A stretch of DNA of 64,000 bases from Octopus vulgaris (taxonomy: Eukaryota): NCBI GenBank assembly GCA_951406725.2, contig OX597823.1, positions 18,414,001 to 18,478,000 on the forward strand, in the 5' to 3' direction. Below are positions 24,678-37,978 of this stretch, piece after piece. The notes beneath the pieces are model-generated. The model saw only the letters and a program-made list of their open reading frames with translations, was not told the origin of the DNA and did no database searches. The position numbers and the translations under genes were made by a program. How positions within the stretch are numbered: position 1 is the stretch's first letter; the number at the start of each line of letters is the position of its first letter.

Positions 24678-26022
24678 AATGAACTTATTATATACAGTGC
24701 TCAGGTACACTAATGAACTTATTATATACAGTACTCAGGTACACTAATGAACTTATTGTATACAGTGCTCAGGTACACTAATGAACTTATTGTATACAGT
24801 GCTCAGGTACACTAATGAACTTATTGTATACAGTGCTCAGGTATACTAATGAACTTATTATATACAGTGCTCAGGTATACTAATGAACTTATTATATACA
24901 GTGCTCAGGTACACTAATGAACTTATTGTATACAGTGCTCAGGTACACTAATGAACTTATTGTATACAGTGCTCAGGTACACTAATGAACTTATTGTATA
25001 CAGTGCTCAGGTACACTAATGAACTTATTGTATACAGTGCTCAGGTACACTAATGAACTTATTGTATACAGTGCTCAGGTACACTAATGAACTTATTGTA
25101 TACAGTGCTCAGGTACACTAATGAACTTATTGTATACAGTGCTCAGGTACACTAATGAACTTATTGTATACAGTGCTCAGGTACACTAATGAACTTATTG
25201 TATACAGTGCTCAGGTACACTAATGAACTTATTGTATACAGTGCTCAGGTACACTAATGAACTTATTGTATACAGTGCTCAGGTACACTAATGAACTTAT
25301 TGTATACAGTGCTCAGGTACACTAATGAACTTATTGTATACAGTGCTCAGGTACACTAATGAACTTATTGTATACAGTGCTCAGGTATAATGAACTTATT
25401 GTATACAGTGCTCAGGTACACTAATGAACTTATTGTATACAGTGCTCAGGTATACTAATGAACTTATTATATACAGTGCTCAGGTATACTAATGAACTTA
25501 TTATATACAGTGCTCAGGTATACTAATGAACTTATTATATACAGTGCTCAGGTATACTAATGAACTTATTATATACAGTGCTCAGGTACACTAATGAACT
25601 TATTGTATACAGTGCTCAGGTACACTAATGAACTTATTGTATACAGTGCTCAGGTACACTAATGAACTTATTATATACAGTGCTCAGGTACACTAATGAA
25701 CTTATTGTATACAGTGCTCAGGTACACTAATGAACTTATTGTATACAGTGCTCAGGTACACTAATGAACTTATTGTATACAGTGCTCAGGTACACTAATG
25801 AATTTATATACTGTGCTCAGGTACACTAATGAACTTATTGTATACAGTGCTCAGGTACACTAATGAACTTATTGTATACAGTGCTCAGGTACACTAATGA
25901 ACTTATTGTATACAGTGCTCAGGTACACTAATGAACTTATTGTATACAGTGCTCCAGGTACACTAATGAACTTATTGTATACAGTGCTCAGGTACACTAA
26001 TGAACTAATCAGTGCTCAGGTA
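24678..26022. repeat. 34-bp minisatellite, ~39 copies (aatgaacttattgtatacagtgctcaggtacact)
   Basis: Head-to-tail units without spacers. Unit is 31/34 identical to the CR1 terminus at 32470-32503. Confidence 0.95.
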
Positions 26023-29000
26023 GGTAGCCAAGAATGCATGTAGAGTATATAGAATAATGCACAGGAAGTGAACAGTGAATGAGACATTTAAAAAAAAAGG
26101 CAGTGGGGGGTGGCATCAGGTGTAATTCAAGCGAATGATTTAAGAATGTTGTTTCTTTGTCAAGCAAGAATTACCATTCTTCTATAATGTCATGAGAAAG
26201 TAAACATTGTGCCAAATATGAATTCTCATATCTTGGGTTGTTGCTCCAGAGACAGAATATAGCCTAAAATTCCCATTTGAGGATAATGACAGAACTCGGT
26301 GGTGTAAGGGGCAAATGTGGTCACAGTTAATTTTGCTGCTGAGAGAAAGCAGCAAGTCCTTTGCCCTCAAAAAACATTTTTTCAGATTGGAAAGGTACTG
26401 GTTCAGTCTCTTGGTGACCAAGTTTAGATGAGGGTTTGAACTAAAAAGATGAATTGGAGCTACTCACAGATCCTCTGGGAGAGGGCTTAGACAGGACTAA
26501 ACAGCATCACCACCAACACCACCACCACCAGTTTGCCTGTCAGAGGAGTGGCCTAACACCACCACTATCACCACAACTTATTCTACCACCACCACCACCT
26601 CTACCAACATCACAACATCGCCATCACTGCTACCACCTTCATCCCAGCTCTTCCCCTTCAAAAATCCCAATAACAGGTGTTGTAAATATCATTTACAACC
26701 TTATCACTTTACTAAATAAACAACTTTTGATGTTGTTTTTGTTGTTGTTAGCTGTGTTTGAGTGCTGTGGTGAAGAAGAGAGGATGAAGCAGTAGTGAGA
26801 GGTGGAAGGAGTGTGTTTAATGTCAAAGGCGAGGTAGGTGAGGGGGTGGCATGGAGAAACAGCTTAAAAGACCATCAGATTAGCTATGCTCTATTAATCT
26901 ATTAACTATAGTAATGTGACATTAAACATCACCAGCATCATAATCAACATCATAAATAGCATAACCATCAGCAACAGCATCAAGAGAGAGAGCCTTCATA
27001 CAATGACACAACCTGCTAGAAATAGCAGACAAATCTCCCTCAAATCATACTCTATTGTCTTGCCAAAAAAGAAAGAAAGAAGGAAGATTGTGCAGAATGC
27101 TAAGATGGTCACAGATGGAATGCCACTGATCATAAATTTCTCAATTAGGACTCACCTGGGGTTAAACAATGACAGCATTAAGAAGAGATCCTCTATGTGG
27201 TCAGCTAAACTTGTTAGAAATAGCAGTCAAACTTCTCTCACATTACAGTCAAACATTTAAAAAAAAGGATAGACATGTTAGATAATGTGGCCCAAGATAA
27301 GCTCTGCAGGAAGAAGTTGGGGTAGTCATGGCTAGAAAGCTTTTGATCGTAAATTTGCTTAACCCTTTTGCTGCTATATTTTTGTTAAATATTGGACTGT
27401 GACCAACCAAGCTGGGGCACTACTTTGAAGGACTTCAGTCAAACACATCAACCCCTGTGCTTATATGCTTTATTTTTTTTGTGTTTTGAGATTTTTTTAG
27501 ATTTGGTATTTATTGTATCTTTCTTTGTTTTTGCCAGACCACTAAATTACAGGGACATAAACAAACCAACACAGGTTGTCAAGTGCTGGTGGAGGACAAA
27601 CACAAAGATAGGCACACAAACACATGCACATATAAGACAAGCTTCCACACAGTTTCCATTATTTAACTGGAATTTGGAACATAAATTAACGTTAAATTTT
27701 AATGGAAGGTCCTCATGTAGATTACTTTAAAATGTGAAGTACCATAGAATCAGGTTGGTCTCAGTAGGTAGGGGGGACTCTGAAAGGGGTCTCAGGGTGT
27801 AGCGTCCCGGCCTTCTTGAGCTAGTTTCCCCACCACATTTCTTAAAAATCATGGTCAAGGCCTTGGTCTCAGGACCACTCAGGTCTAGAAACTGAGGTTG
27901 GGGGTAAGCAAGAGCAGGCTCCCTGTGGAAAATCCAGCTCCAAAAACGCCTCAGGACAGCAAAGGAGAATGGGCACCAGCCAGCCCAAAGGTTGAGGTGG
28001 GCTGCACATACCTACCTCGGTTGCTATGGCATTGAGGTAGATCCAGCCACCCCCATGAACAGGGACAAAACCAGGATTTAAAACACTGGATGATAGATGA
28101 TGATAGAATCAGGTTGGTCTCAGATGAGTTGATACCAAAAAGGTTGATCAGTTCAACGTAGGACTAAACAACACCAATATCTACATGTCAAAGAAGGAGC
28201 CTTTATGCAGTTGCTTGAGTTGCAAGAAATAACAACCAAATCTTCATCAGGAAGGACTTCAATTCAGCATTATAATCTAATGAAATACTCATCAATTATA
28301 AAGTATATTTGCAGCTTAACCTAAAGAGTTACAGCTCTAAATTGTACAAGAAGGGATGAGTATGTAAGAAGTTCTTGCTTTTCTCAAGAATATTAATAGC
28401 AGAATTGAAGAGAATATGCTTCAACCAGGAAACAGAACCTTGTTCATAGACATGTCTTATCAAGGTCTGTCTACTTGTCCCACAGAATAAATTACAATGT
28501 GGCTGAAATAATACAACCTCACAACTGATTTAAAAAGCCAGTTAACTACAAGACATCCACACCTATTTTCAGAATACATGTAAATGTTGAAATTTGAAGA
28601 CCCATCCAACCTACTCCCACCATAGACAGAGAGCCATAAAATCAAAATAACAATATAAAACTTTAGTATTAAAGTGTTGTTACAAACCCAATAAAAATAA
28701 AAGGTTTTGCTGGTATTGATCAGACATTTTAGATGAGATCAACTTTCCTTTATTCTGCTTGGGATGGGACAAATTGCTTTCTATTTAATAGCTTCTGATC
28801 TGTAAATGTAATCTGGAGACCACATCAAATAGATATTTCACAAACTACTGTTGCTATAAAGTATCATTTAAAAACACATTTGCAGCTGGTCACATGTACA
28901 GTCAGCCTAGTTATATCTTATCACTGGCACTAACTAGTGGATTTATGATCAGGACGTTTAAATAACTGTTGTACTTTCCATCATCAATAGGTATCACGTG

Positions 29001-29324
29001 TAGAGACTGTCCACTGTTGTATAAAATAAAGCAACAGCATTAGTTCAAATCCACCCATGAATGAATGAGTTTAAGAGAAGGCAAGGCTCTAAGGAAAACC
29101 ACTATATATTTTGTAGAGTCAACACAATGGGGTAAGACCTGCACATTGATAACCTTCAAATCAAAGGTCTGAGACGTACATGTATGTATTATCATTTCCT
29201 CTGACTCTTTGCATCCTGAGTTCAAATCTCACCCATGTCAACTTTGCCTTTTATTATCCTTTGGTTGAAAGATTAAAGTACCAGTCATGTACTGGGGTCA
29301 ATTGTATCAGCTAAACCCTTCAGC

Positions 29325-29510
29325 TCACTTGGGACTCTTTAATACCTGCCCACTTGGGACCCTTTAATACCTGCCCACTTGGGACCCCTTAATACCTGCC
29401 CACTTGGGACCCCTTAATACCTCCCACTTAGGACCCTTTAATACCTGCCCACTTGGGACACTTTAATACCTGCCCAATTGGGTCCCTTTAATACCTGCCC
29501 ACTTGGGACT
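29325..29510. repeat. 25-bp minisatellite, ~7 copies (aatacctgcccacttgggacccttt)
   Basis: Direct observation. Confidence 0.9.
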
Positions 29511-30961
29511 CTGCTCCTACTACACTGTTCACATTTAAATTAAAATCTTGATAATCAAAATCTTTATATGATGAATGATAAAGAAAGAGAGACTTCAGTT
29601 ACCAACATAATAAATATCAATATATATATACAGTTAGATATTTTATTAAACATCTTCAAAATTTTGATTACACTGGAAATTAATTAAAACATAATAGGCA
29701 GTCTGCTAATTAGAAATATAGATTTCTAGCATAAGCACAACACCAGAAATTTCAGTGGGTATGAGCAATCAAATATAACAACACTAATATTTGAATGTTC
29801 CTTTTCTTTTTTATTGATTCTCAAAGAATGTAAAGCAACAAACATTGACTTCAATAGGATTTGAACTCAGAACATAAAAATCCATAACTATATATCACTG
29901 GCATTTTATCTGCTGCTCTAATGATTCTACCTGATCTACAAATGAACTGAGAATACATTTCTAAAAGAAAAATAGTAAATATATATATATATATATATAT
30001 ATACAACATATGTGGAAAATTGGTGCGTGTTTGTTTGTGGCGTTGCTAGCTAACTCCTCCTACATTATTTTATTGATTTTGATTTGACACATGAGTGGAA
30101 CTCATGTCTGGAAACCTCATGACATATGTAGATCGAATCTTAAACATTAAAGACTTCATTCATACATTTCTATACATACATACTTTTTTGAATGCCCATT
30201 ACTGCGATAATTCTGCATTTTTACAATTACACTTTTTCCATGACAGTAGATAAATTTTTTATTCCACAAAGTATTTGTAGTGGGTTCATGGTGGCATAGC
30301 ATGGATTCAATCCTTGATGGCCAAATTGCAATTAACACTTCAACAGTGCTTTTCTCATGGTTTAACAATAGTTTCTATGTGGATGACAGCAGTTATACAT
30401 TTCCCAGATGTCTTTGCTAAGGAGAATAATGTCTTTGCCACTTGACCCGTCTAACCTCTTCTAGGCCACCAAGGACTGGAATGGAGATAACAGACCGCCA
30501 ACAAAATCATTTGTTCTCAACAATATATCTTTACTTCTAGCTGCTTTTTGATAGTTATAAAAACAAGAACTCCATAAGCTAAAGGCAGTTACTGAGAGTA
30601 ACCATCAGTGAACGTGAGCATTATTATTGCACTTTCTTCAAACAGGCTGTTAATATATTCATATACATATAATCTCTTCCTCCTCCAACTGACAGTTTTT
30701 TGTAATTTTTCATGGCGGAAAATACACATTTTGTGACAATTATAATGAAATTGCTTTCTTATGTCAGAGTAACAAGGTGTTTCAATAGAACATCTTTACC
30801 CCCAGGAATTACCGAGTACACCAGCTAGTATATCCATAAATAGAAAAATTATTATTTTTAAATCTCTCAACAAGAGACATTCAGTAACAGTACTCTAAAG
30901 TAAAGACTATTTGCCAACATAATGTGGCAGTTCTGGCCGGGACGAATGTTACTGTTATTTA

Positions 30962-31005
<44 letters not shown>

Positions 31006-31343
31006 AAATGCTTTTTAGCTGCTCCATTGAAGGCAACACACAAATATTTCTTTTAGATAATGGACACCCATTCTCTCACTCTTTAACACTTTGAACTCTA
31101 TACTAATTTATATTTTAAGAAGACTTCAGTGAAAAATCCCCAGACATGTTCTTGACCCAAGACAGAAGATAAACTGTTTTTACTTCAAATTTTTATAAAT
31201 TTTTACTGATATTTGATAAGATGAGATACATTGAAATTAAATTCCCTCTTAAATTGAAATGTCTTAGACTTACTTCTGTGCTATTTCTACCTCCATATGT
31301 TATATATAAATATTTGATTTGCATAGATCTCTAATCTTTTTTC

Positions 31344-31400
<57 letters not shown>

Positions 31401-31618
31401 TATATACATATGTATATATATATGTAAGGATTTTCACCATCATTGCTTTAATATTCATTTTCCAAGGTTGGTAAATGGGTTGGAAGGATGTAAAGTAAAG
31501 TACACCATTACCTCAGTTTGACCTTTTGTTCATTTCATTTGTGAGAGAAGGTCACCATCTTAACTTCTGATCTCACCACAACTTCTTGTCTAGCTTTCCT
31601 AACAGCACCCAACAGCAT

Positions 31619-31662
<44 letters not shown>

Positions 31663-32469
31663 ACTCCCATTCCATAACCATCAACTGTCCAGCTATACTC
31701 ACACAGTCAAACCCCTCCTTCACAGATCATCAGATGTCTTCTTGAACCTATTTTTATACCAGCTTTTCTGAAACTACCTCTGGTTCTATGACACAAAACC
31801 TTATATCATTAAAATGTTTAAATATAAATTCTCTCATTCTCATTTTATACAAGGGCAATTTTATTAAGTTATGTTCCAAAACTTCAGCTTAATTATGACG
31901 AAGTTAGTTAATTTATTAAATCTACTCCCAAATTCCTGATTATTTTTTTTATATTGATTACAACACACATAGGCAAGTGTCTAGTTTGAAATATAACCAA
32001 AAAAATGTTATGACCCAGTCACTTTCCCAGTTCACCTTGTGCCCTGTTTATTGCTGGGAAATAAGCCCTGTTTCATTATGTTTTTCTATGGTAATTTTAC
32101 ATCAACTCTTTTTCCTTTTCATTTTGTTACATGTGATGGCCTTTTCAAATGTTGATGTTTGTTTATTTTTAAACCAAAAACCAGATTTCCTCTATTTTCT
32201 TTCGATGTTTTGTATCTTTTTATAACTTCTTTCACCTCTTTCACTTCTTATTTTTTGTGTTATTTTACAACATTTTCTTCCCTGTACTAACAAATGAGTG
32301 ATGTTCTTTGTCTGGGTAATTGTTTTTGCAGCTGGATGCTAGCCCTTTCTTTGTTTAGAGTGGAACCAGTTTTGTCAGTGCTGAGGAAATTGAGGTCTGC
32401 AGAGTTATCTACCTTACCTAGAGATCACCACACATCAAATGGTTGTAGCTGTGATATATAATATATAAT

Positions 32470-33040
32470 AATGAAATTATTGTATACAGTGCTCAGGTGC
32501 ACCACAACTTGTCAGAAAGTGCATATAAAGTACATGCAGTAATGTAAAAATGTCTGGAAAGCGAACAATGTATGAGTCAGATACATGCTTGTGTGTGTAA
32601 GGAGGGGAGAAAATCAGGTGTAGTGTTGGCGAATCTCAGGAAGCATGGAAGTTTTGAAGGATGCAGTGCTCCGACAACTAACAACTGATGCTGGCAGTTT
32701 GTTCCATGCTTCAGCAACTCTCAGCGTGAAAAAATCTGAAGTCATGGGAGCTGTGTGTGACTGTAAATATAATATAATAATAATAATAATAATAATTGTA
32801 TACAGTCCTCAGGTGCACCACAACTTGTCAGAAAGTGCGTATAAAGTATATGCAGTAATGTACAAATGTCTGGAAAGCGAACGATGTATGAGTCAGATAC
32901 ATGCTTGCGTGTGTAAGGAGGGGAGAAAATCAGGTGTAGTGTTGGCGAATCTCAGAAAGCATGGAAGTTTTGAAGGATGCAGTGCTCCGACAACTAACAA
33001 CTGATGCCGGCAGTTTGTTCCATGCTTCAGCAACTCTCGT
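32470..33040 (-). mobile_element. Two tandem 5'-truncated CR1 3' ends (32470-32765 and 32794-33040)
   Basis: Reverse complements of the 18300-18592 CR1 segment. Read FFTLRVAEAWNKLPASVVSCRSTASFKTSM. (ATT)-type tails. Confidence 0.85.
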
Positions 33041-33399
33041 AACTGTGTATGTATGTGTGTGTATGTGTGGATGTTCTGGTTCGTATTTCAGTGTGTATAT
33101 TTGTGAGGGTATGAAGCTTTGCTGTTAGTGTGTTGCACTCACAATCACAAGCTTGTTTCAACTGCCAGGGCAGCAGTGGATTGTATTCTTGAGCAAAACA
33201 CTCCACTTCACATAGTTCCAGTTGACTCAACTGTGACTGAGTATCCCAGTTATGGACTGGCACCCTATTCAGAGGGGATGTTAGCCTGCCCACCTATCCA
33301 ACGGGGTAATAACATTTGTAGGCTCCAACAATATGTGAGAAAGTGCATTGTGACCAGTGATGTCTAATAAGCACATCTGATAATCTGTTCAATACACTC

Positions 33400-33810
33400 T
33401 GTCAGTTACGATGACTAGGTTTCCAGTAGATCCAATCAATGGAACAGCCTGCTCGTGGAATTAACATGCAAGCAGCTCAGCACTCCACAGGCATGTGTAC
33501 TCTTAACGTAGTTCTCAGGTAGATTCAGTGTGACACACCGAATGTGACAAGACTGACCCTTTGAAATACAGGTAATATTCATTTTTGACATCTGAGTGGA
33601 CTGGAGCAACATGAAATAAAGTGTCTTGCTCAAGGACGACAACTGACCCGTTGAAATACAGGTAATACTCATTTTTGACAGCTGAGTGGACTGGAGCAAC
33701 GTGAAATAAAGTGTCTTGCTCAAGGACAGAATGCACCACTGGGAATTGAACTCGTGACTTTACAATCTTGAACCGAACATCCTAAACCACTTAGCCACAT
33801 GCCCTCACTT
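33400..33810 (-). mobile_element. tRNA-derived SINE (head like the 12188 array unit; tail like 54530-54695)
   Basis: Minus-strand head tggctaagtgg...gagttcaattccc. Tail shared with the 54310 SINE. Confidence 0.7.
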
Positions 33811-33864
33811 ACTTGTATGTACATGTATTTTCATATATATAAATCATCATCATCATCATCACTT

Positions 33865-34120
33865 TATTTACATTATTTACATTTGACGTATATTTGTCCT
33901 CATCTTTGTTGTTAACACAATGTTTTGGCCGATATACCCTCCAGCCTTCATCAGGTGTCTTGGGGAAATTTCGAACCTGGGTTCTCATTCCTAAGGTATT
34001 TTTCAATGTTATTATCATTATTATTATTATTATTATTATTATACAGGTCACTGCCTGGAATTGAACTCGGAATCTTGGAGTTAGTAGCCCGCGCTCTTAA
34101 CCACCACGCCAACTGCCCAT
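33865..34120 (-). mobile_element. HHR-SINE copy (tRNA head + (AAT)n + hammerhead-like tail)
   Basis: Minus strand: TGGCGTGGTGG...GAGTTCAATTCC...(AAT)n...gacac-CTGATGA-a-ggctgg...tcggcc-AAAA-catt-gtgtt (GAAA decayed). Confidence 0.75.
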
Positions 34121-34325
34121 AGAAATGTATTATCATCATCACTGATATTTTAACACTAGATTTCCCATGCTCTGATCTGTCTTCACCACTTACTGCAAGA
34201 AGGAGGGGAAGAGAGGGAGGAGGAGAAGGGGAGGGAGGAAAAGGAGGAGAAGGGGTGAGGGGTAGGAGGATGAGTGAAGTGGAAGAGGATGGAGGAGGAG
34301 GAGGAGCTGTCCTATATGTACTTAC

Positions 34326-34460
34326 ATGAAATATTTGACTGGTCATCGTGGGACTGTTTTTCCAGAGCTTTCTGCATCTGACCGAGGAGAGCATCAAACT
34401 TAACCCGAAACTTCTTCTCTTCAATCTTCCGCGTATTTTCAAATGCTTCTTTGTAGATGT
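34326..34460 (-). CDS. Coding exon B (helical/coiled-coil-like)
   Basis: Poly-T acceptor TTTTGCAG, donor GTAAGT, 135 nt, phase 1-1: DIYKEAFENTRKIEEKKFRVKFDALLGQMQKALEKQSHDDQSNIS. Confidence 0.87.
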
Positions 34461-34619
34461 CTGCAAAAAAAAAAATACAAAAAAAAAGACAGTTTTATTT
34501 ATTTATTCATTCATTTAATTTTGATATTTTATGAACTTGCCGAGTGATTCTCAACCTTTTCTTAAACTTATGGTGCACCTTAAAAAAAGATTCTCTTGAT
34601 ACACTTTGCATGGAAAATT

Positions 34620-34832
34620 ACTCTTTTATTTGTTTCAGTCATTTGACTGTGGCTATGCTGGAGCACTGCCTTTAGTCGAGCAAATCGATCCTAGGACTTA
34701 TTCTTTGTAAGCCTAGTACTTATTTTATCAGTCCCTTTGGCCGAACCGCTAAGTTACGGGGACGTAAACACACCGTCATCAGTTGTCAAGTGATGTTGGG
34801 CGGGGAGACAAACACACAAACACAAACATACA

Positions 34833-34868
<36 letters not shown>

Positions 34869-35007
34869 TATATACGATGGGTTTCTTTCAGTTTCCATCT
34901 ACTAAATCCACTCACAAGGCTTTGGTTGGCGCAAAGCTATAGTAGAAAACACTTGCCCAAGGTGTCATGCAGTGGGACTGAACCCTGCACAGCCACTCCA
35001 GCACCTA
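34620..35007 (-). mobile_element. SINE family A copy
   Basis: Family A consensus match. Confidence 0.8.
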
Positions 35008-35999
35008 TTTAAAAAAATATAGAAAACTATTTCTTACTTTGTTTCATTGACCATACAAAGGCACAGGCATGACTGAGTAGTTAAGAAGTTCACTTCCCAA
35101 CTATATGGTCTAGGGTTCAATACCAATAAATGGCTACTTACAAGATGACACCCCGCAAAAAAAAAACAACAGAAGCCATAAAAATTTTATCAAGTCCTAA
35201 AAAGGTCCAGCAAATTTCATGAAACTTAAACTTTGGTCTGTTTACAATCATTCCCTTTGCATAAAAGCCATGTTCTTTTCAAAATAAGCTCCAAATGGCA
35301 TACGTCACGCAAACACTTGCAATTGTTGTGCAAAATTGTCAATGACCTGAACACATTCCTTTTTGGGGATTTCCCTGATTTCTGCTGTGATTGCTGCCAA
35401 TCGTTTGAGGGATGTTCTGTGATTGTTGCCTTCAGTTCTGGTAACATGTAAAAGGCACCTGTGTCGGTGACACATAAAAGGCACCCATGAAAGTGACACA
35501 TGAAAGGTACCCAATACACCCTTGGAGTGGTTGTCTTTAGGAAGGGCATCCGGCTGTAGAAACCTTACCAAAATCAGACTGGAGCCTGGCACAGCTCTCC
35601 AACTAACCAGTTCCAGTCAAACTATCTTACTCATGTCAACGTGGAAAACAGACCCCTGATGATGATGATGAACATGATGATGCAGCCAGATGTAAAATTC
35701 TGCCTCAAAAAAAACATCCCTGTCCAACCCATGCAAGCATGCAACAGCAGTTATTAACCTTTTATCATTCAGATTACTCTGTCGAATTTATTGCTTTTCT
35801 AGTTTACATTGCTTTCAGTTAATCATGCATTATCTCATAGCTACAAGAATTCAATGATGAGTATATTTTTAGAATGACATTGTAGGACAAGTGTGAGAGG
35901 CAGAATCTGGAAGGTTTGAACAGAAAACAGATAAAATATTTGGGCCAGATACGGGCAGCAGCTTAAATGCTAAAGAGTTAAGTGAAAGAACAAATGAAT

Positions 36000-36053
<54 letters not shown>

Positions 36054-36515
36054 ACACAAACACACACAAACACACAGAGGTTTCTTAAAGCAAATTCTAT
36101 TCACAGTGTATTAGTTGTATCACGTGTACAATAGAAGACATTTGCCTAAAAGTCCATGCAGTAGGATTAGACCTGGAACCACATGATGGCAAAACAAACT
36201 TCTTACTCAGGCAATTATGGCTGCACCCATAAAATATAAAAGCATTCTAGGCATGTCTCAGACTGTTGTGCCTTGCTTTTTATCTTAAACATAAATCCAG
36301 GACAATTCTATAACAACTGGAATTGTATGGAGGCATTTTAACTGCTAACAAAATATTTGACAGGATGTGGGATAACATGGCATTGAAATAAAATTTAAAT
36401 AAAACACAAATATAATCAGTAAAACAGTAAAGTAATACATCATATTTGACCTCTGGCTTCTTTCTGGTGATAGCATCATCACCATCATTATTTTAACACC
36501 CACAAGGCGGCAAGC

Positions 36516-36919
36516 GGATCTTATCGTTTTCAACGGCAGTTTTTAACATAATTTCTAGGTAACTAAGAAATTTTAAACTTTGTGTACTGGTAGAATGTGT
36601 TTATAAAACATCTTTTTCTCTTGGCTTTATTGAGAAAATTCTATAGTTTGTAAGATATTTGTTGTTTTTTTCTTCAATTTCTGCAATTTCAACCAATCAC
36701 TGACGTCTATTGAGGTAAAAAAACATTCTGTGCCATATGAATATGTCCCTCGTTTAAGAAACAGATTGGGTTTATTTACATTTGTGAAGAAAAAAAGATC
36801 CCCTAACCCTAACCCTAAAACAGATTGAAATGCAATAGATCGATACTAGGGTCATAATTATGGGTGACAATTTCATATGACACCGCTAGAAAAATCTGCC
36901 GTTCAAACCAAAAAGATCC
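36516..36919. mobile_element. Merlin-like MITE inserted in the head of a family B SINE
   Basis: Same internal sequence as 15683-16125. Degenerate TSD cggcaagc / cggcgacc. SINE B resumes at 36920. Confidence 0.85.
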
Positions 36920-37223
36920 CGGCGACCTGGCAGAATCGTTAGCAGGCTGGAGTAAATGCTTAGCAGTGTTTCACCCATTTCTACGTTTTGAGTTCAAAAT
37001 TCCGCTGAGGTTGACTTTGCCTTTCATTCTTTTGGGGTTGATAAATTAAGTACCAGTGAAATACTGGGGATCAACATAATCGACTATTCTCTTCCCATCA
37101 AATTGCATGCCTTGTGCCTATAATAGAAAGGATTATTTTAACGTCCACTTTTCCATGCTAGCATCGGCCAGATGGAATTTACTGAAGCAGATATCCTACA
37201 CCCAGATATCTATCATGTTCATT

Positions 37224-37595
37224 ACTCTTTTACTTGTTTCAGTCATTTGACTGTGTCCATGCTGGAGCACCGCCTTTCAGTCGAACAAATCGACCCCAGG
37301 ACTTATTCTTTGTAAGCCTAGTACTTATTCTATCAGTCTCTTTTGCTGAAGTTACGGGGACGTAAACACACCAGCATCGGTTGTTAAGTGATGTTGGGGG
37401 GACAAACATATACACACACATACATACATACATATATATGACAGGTTTCTTTCAGTTTCCATCTACCAAATCCCCTCACAAGGCTTTGGTTGGCCCGAGG
37501 CTATAGTAGAAGACACTTGCCCAAGGTGCCACGCAGTGGGACTGAACCCAGAACCATGTGGTTGGTAAGCAAGCTACTTACCACACAGCCACTCC
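37224..37595 (-). mobile_element. SINE family A copy
   Basis: Family A consensus match. Confidence 0.8.
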
Positions 37596-37601
37596 CACAC
37601 C

Positions 37602-37871
37602 ATTATTTACATTATTTACATTTGATGGATATTTGTCCTCATCTTCTGTTGTGTCTGGGGAGAGTCATTTTCTTTTTGTGCTTTATGATTTAATACACAC
37701 ACCGGTAAAATTTCCACTTATTTCTTACTTTTATTTTCCTAAAATTTTTGTTGCAACTTGCAACCTTTTCAATAGTCTAACACAACATTTTGGCTGATGT
37801 ACTCTCCAGCCGTCATCAGGAGTCTTGGGGAAATTTCAAACCTGGGTTCTCATTCCTAAGTTACTTTTCAA

Positions 37872-37902
<31 letters not shown>

Positions 37903-37918
37903 TGATTCCAGGCAATGA

Positions 37919-37978
<60 letters not shown>

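Noticed and set aside
24678-26022. 34-bp repeat array as a CRISPR array
   Set aside because: Units are contiguous with no unique spacers, there are no cas genes, the context is eukaryotic, and the unit derives from a CR1 terminus.
30150-30370. Possible Helitron Rep remnant
   Set aside because: Only a faint resemblance to the HINVE..KYxxKY motif, with stops; not supportable by eye.
33951-34466. 171-aa minus ORF as the coding frame of exon B
   Set aside because: The phase-compatible exon uses a different frame; the rest of the ORF is purine-rich intron and SINE.
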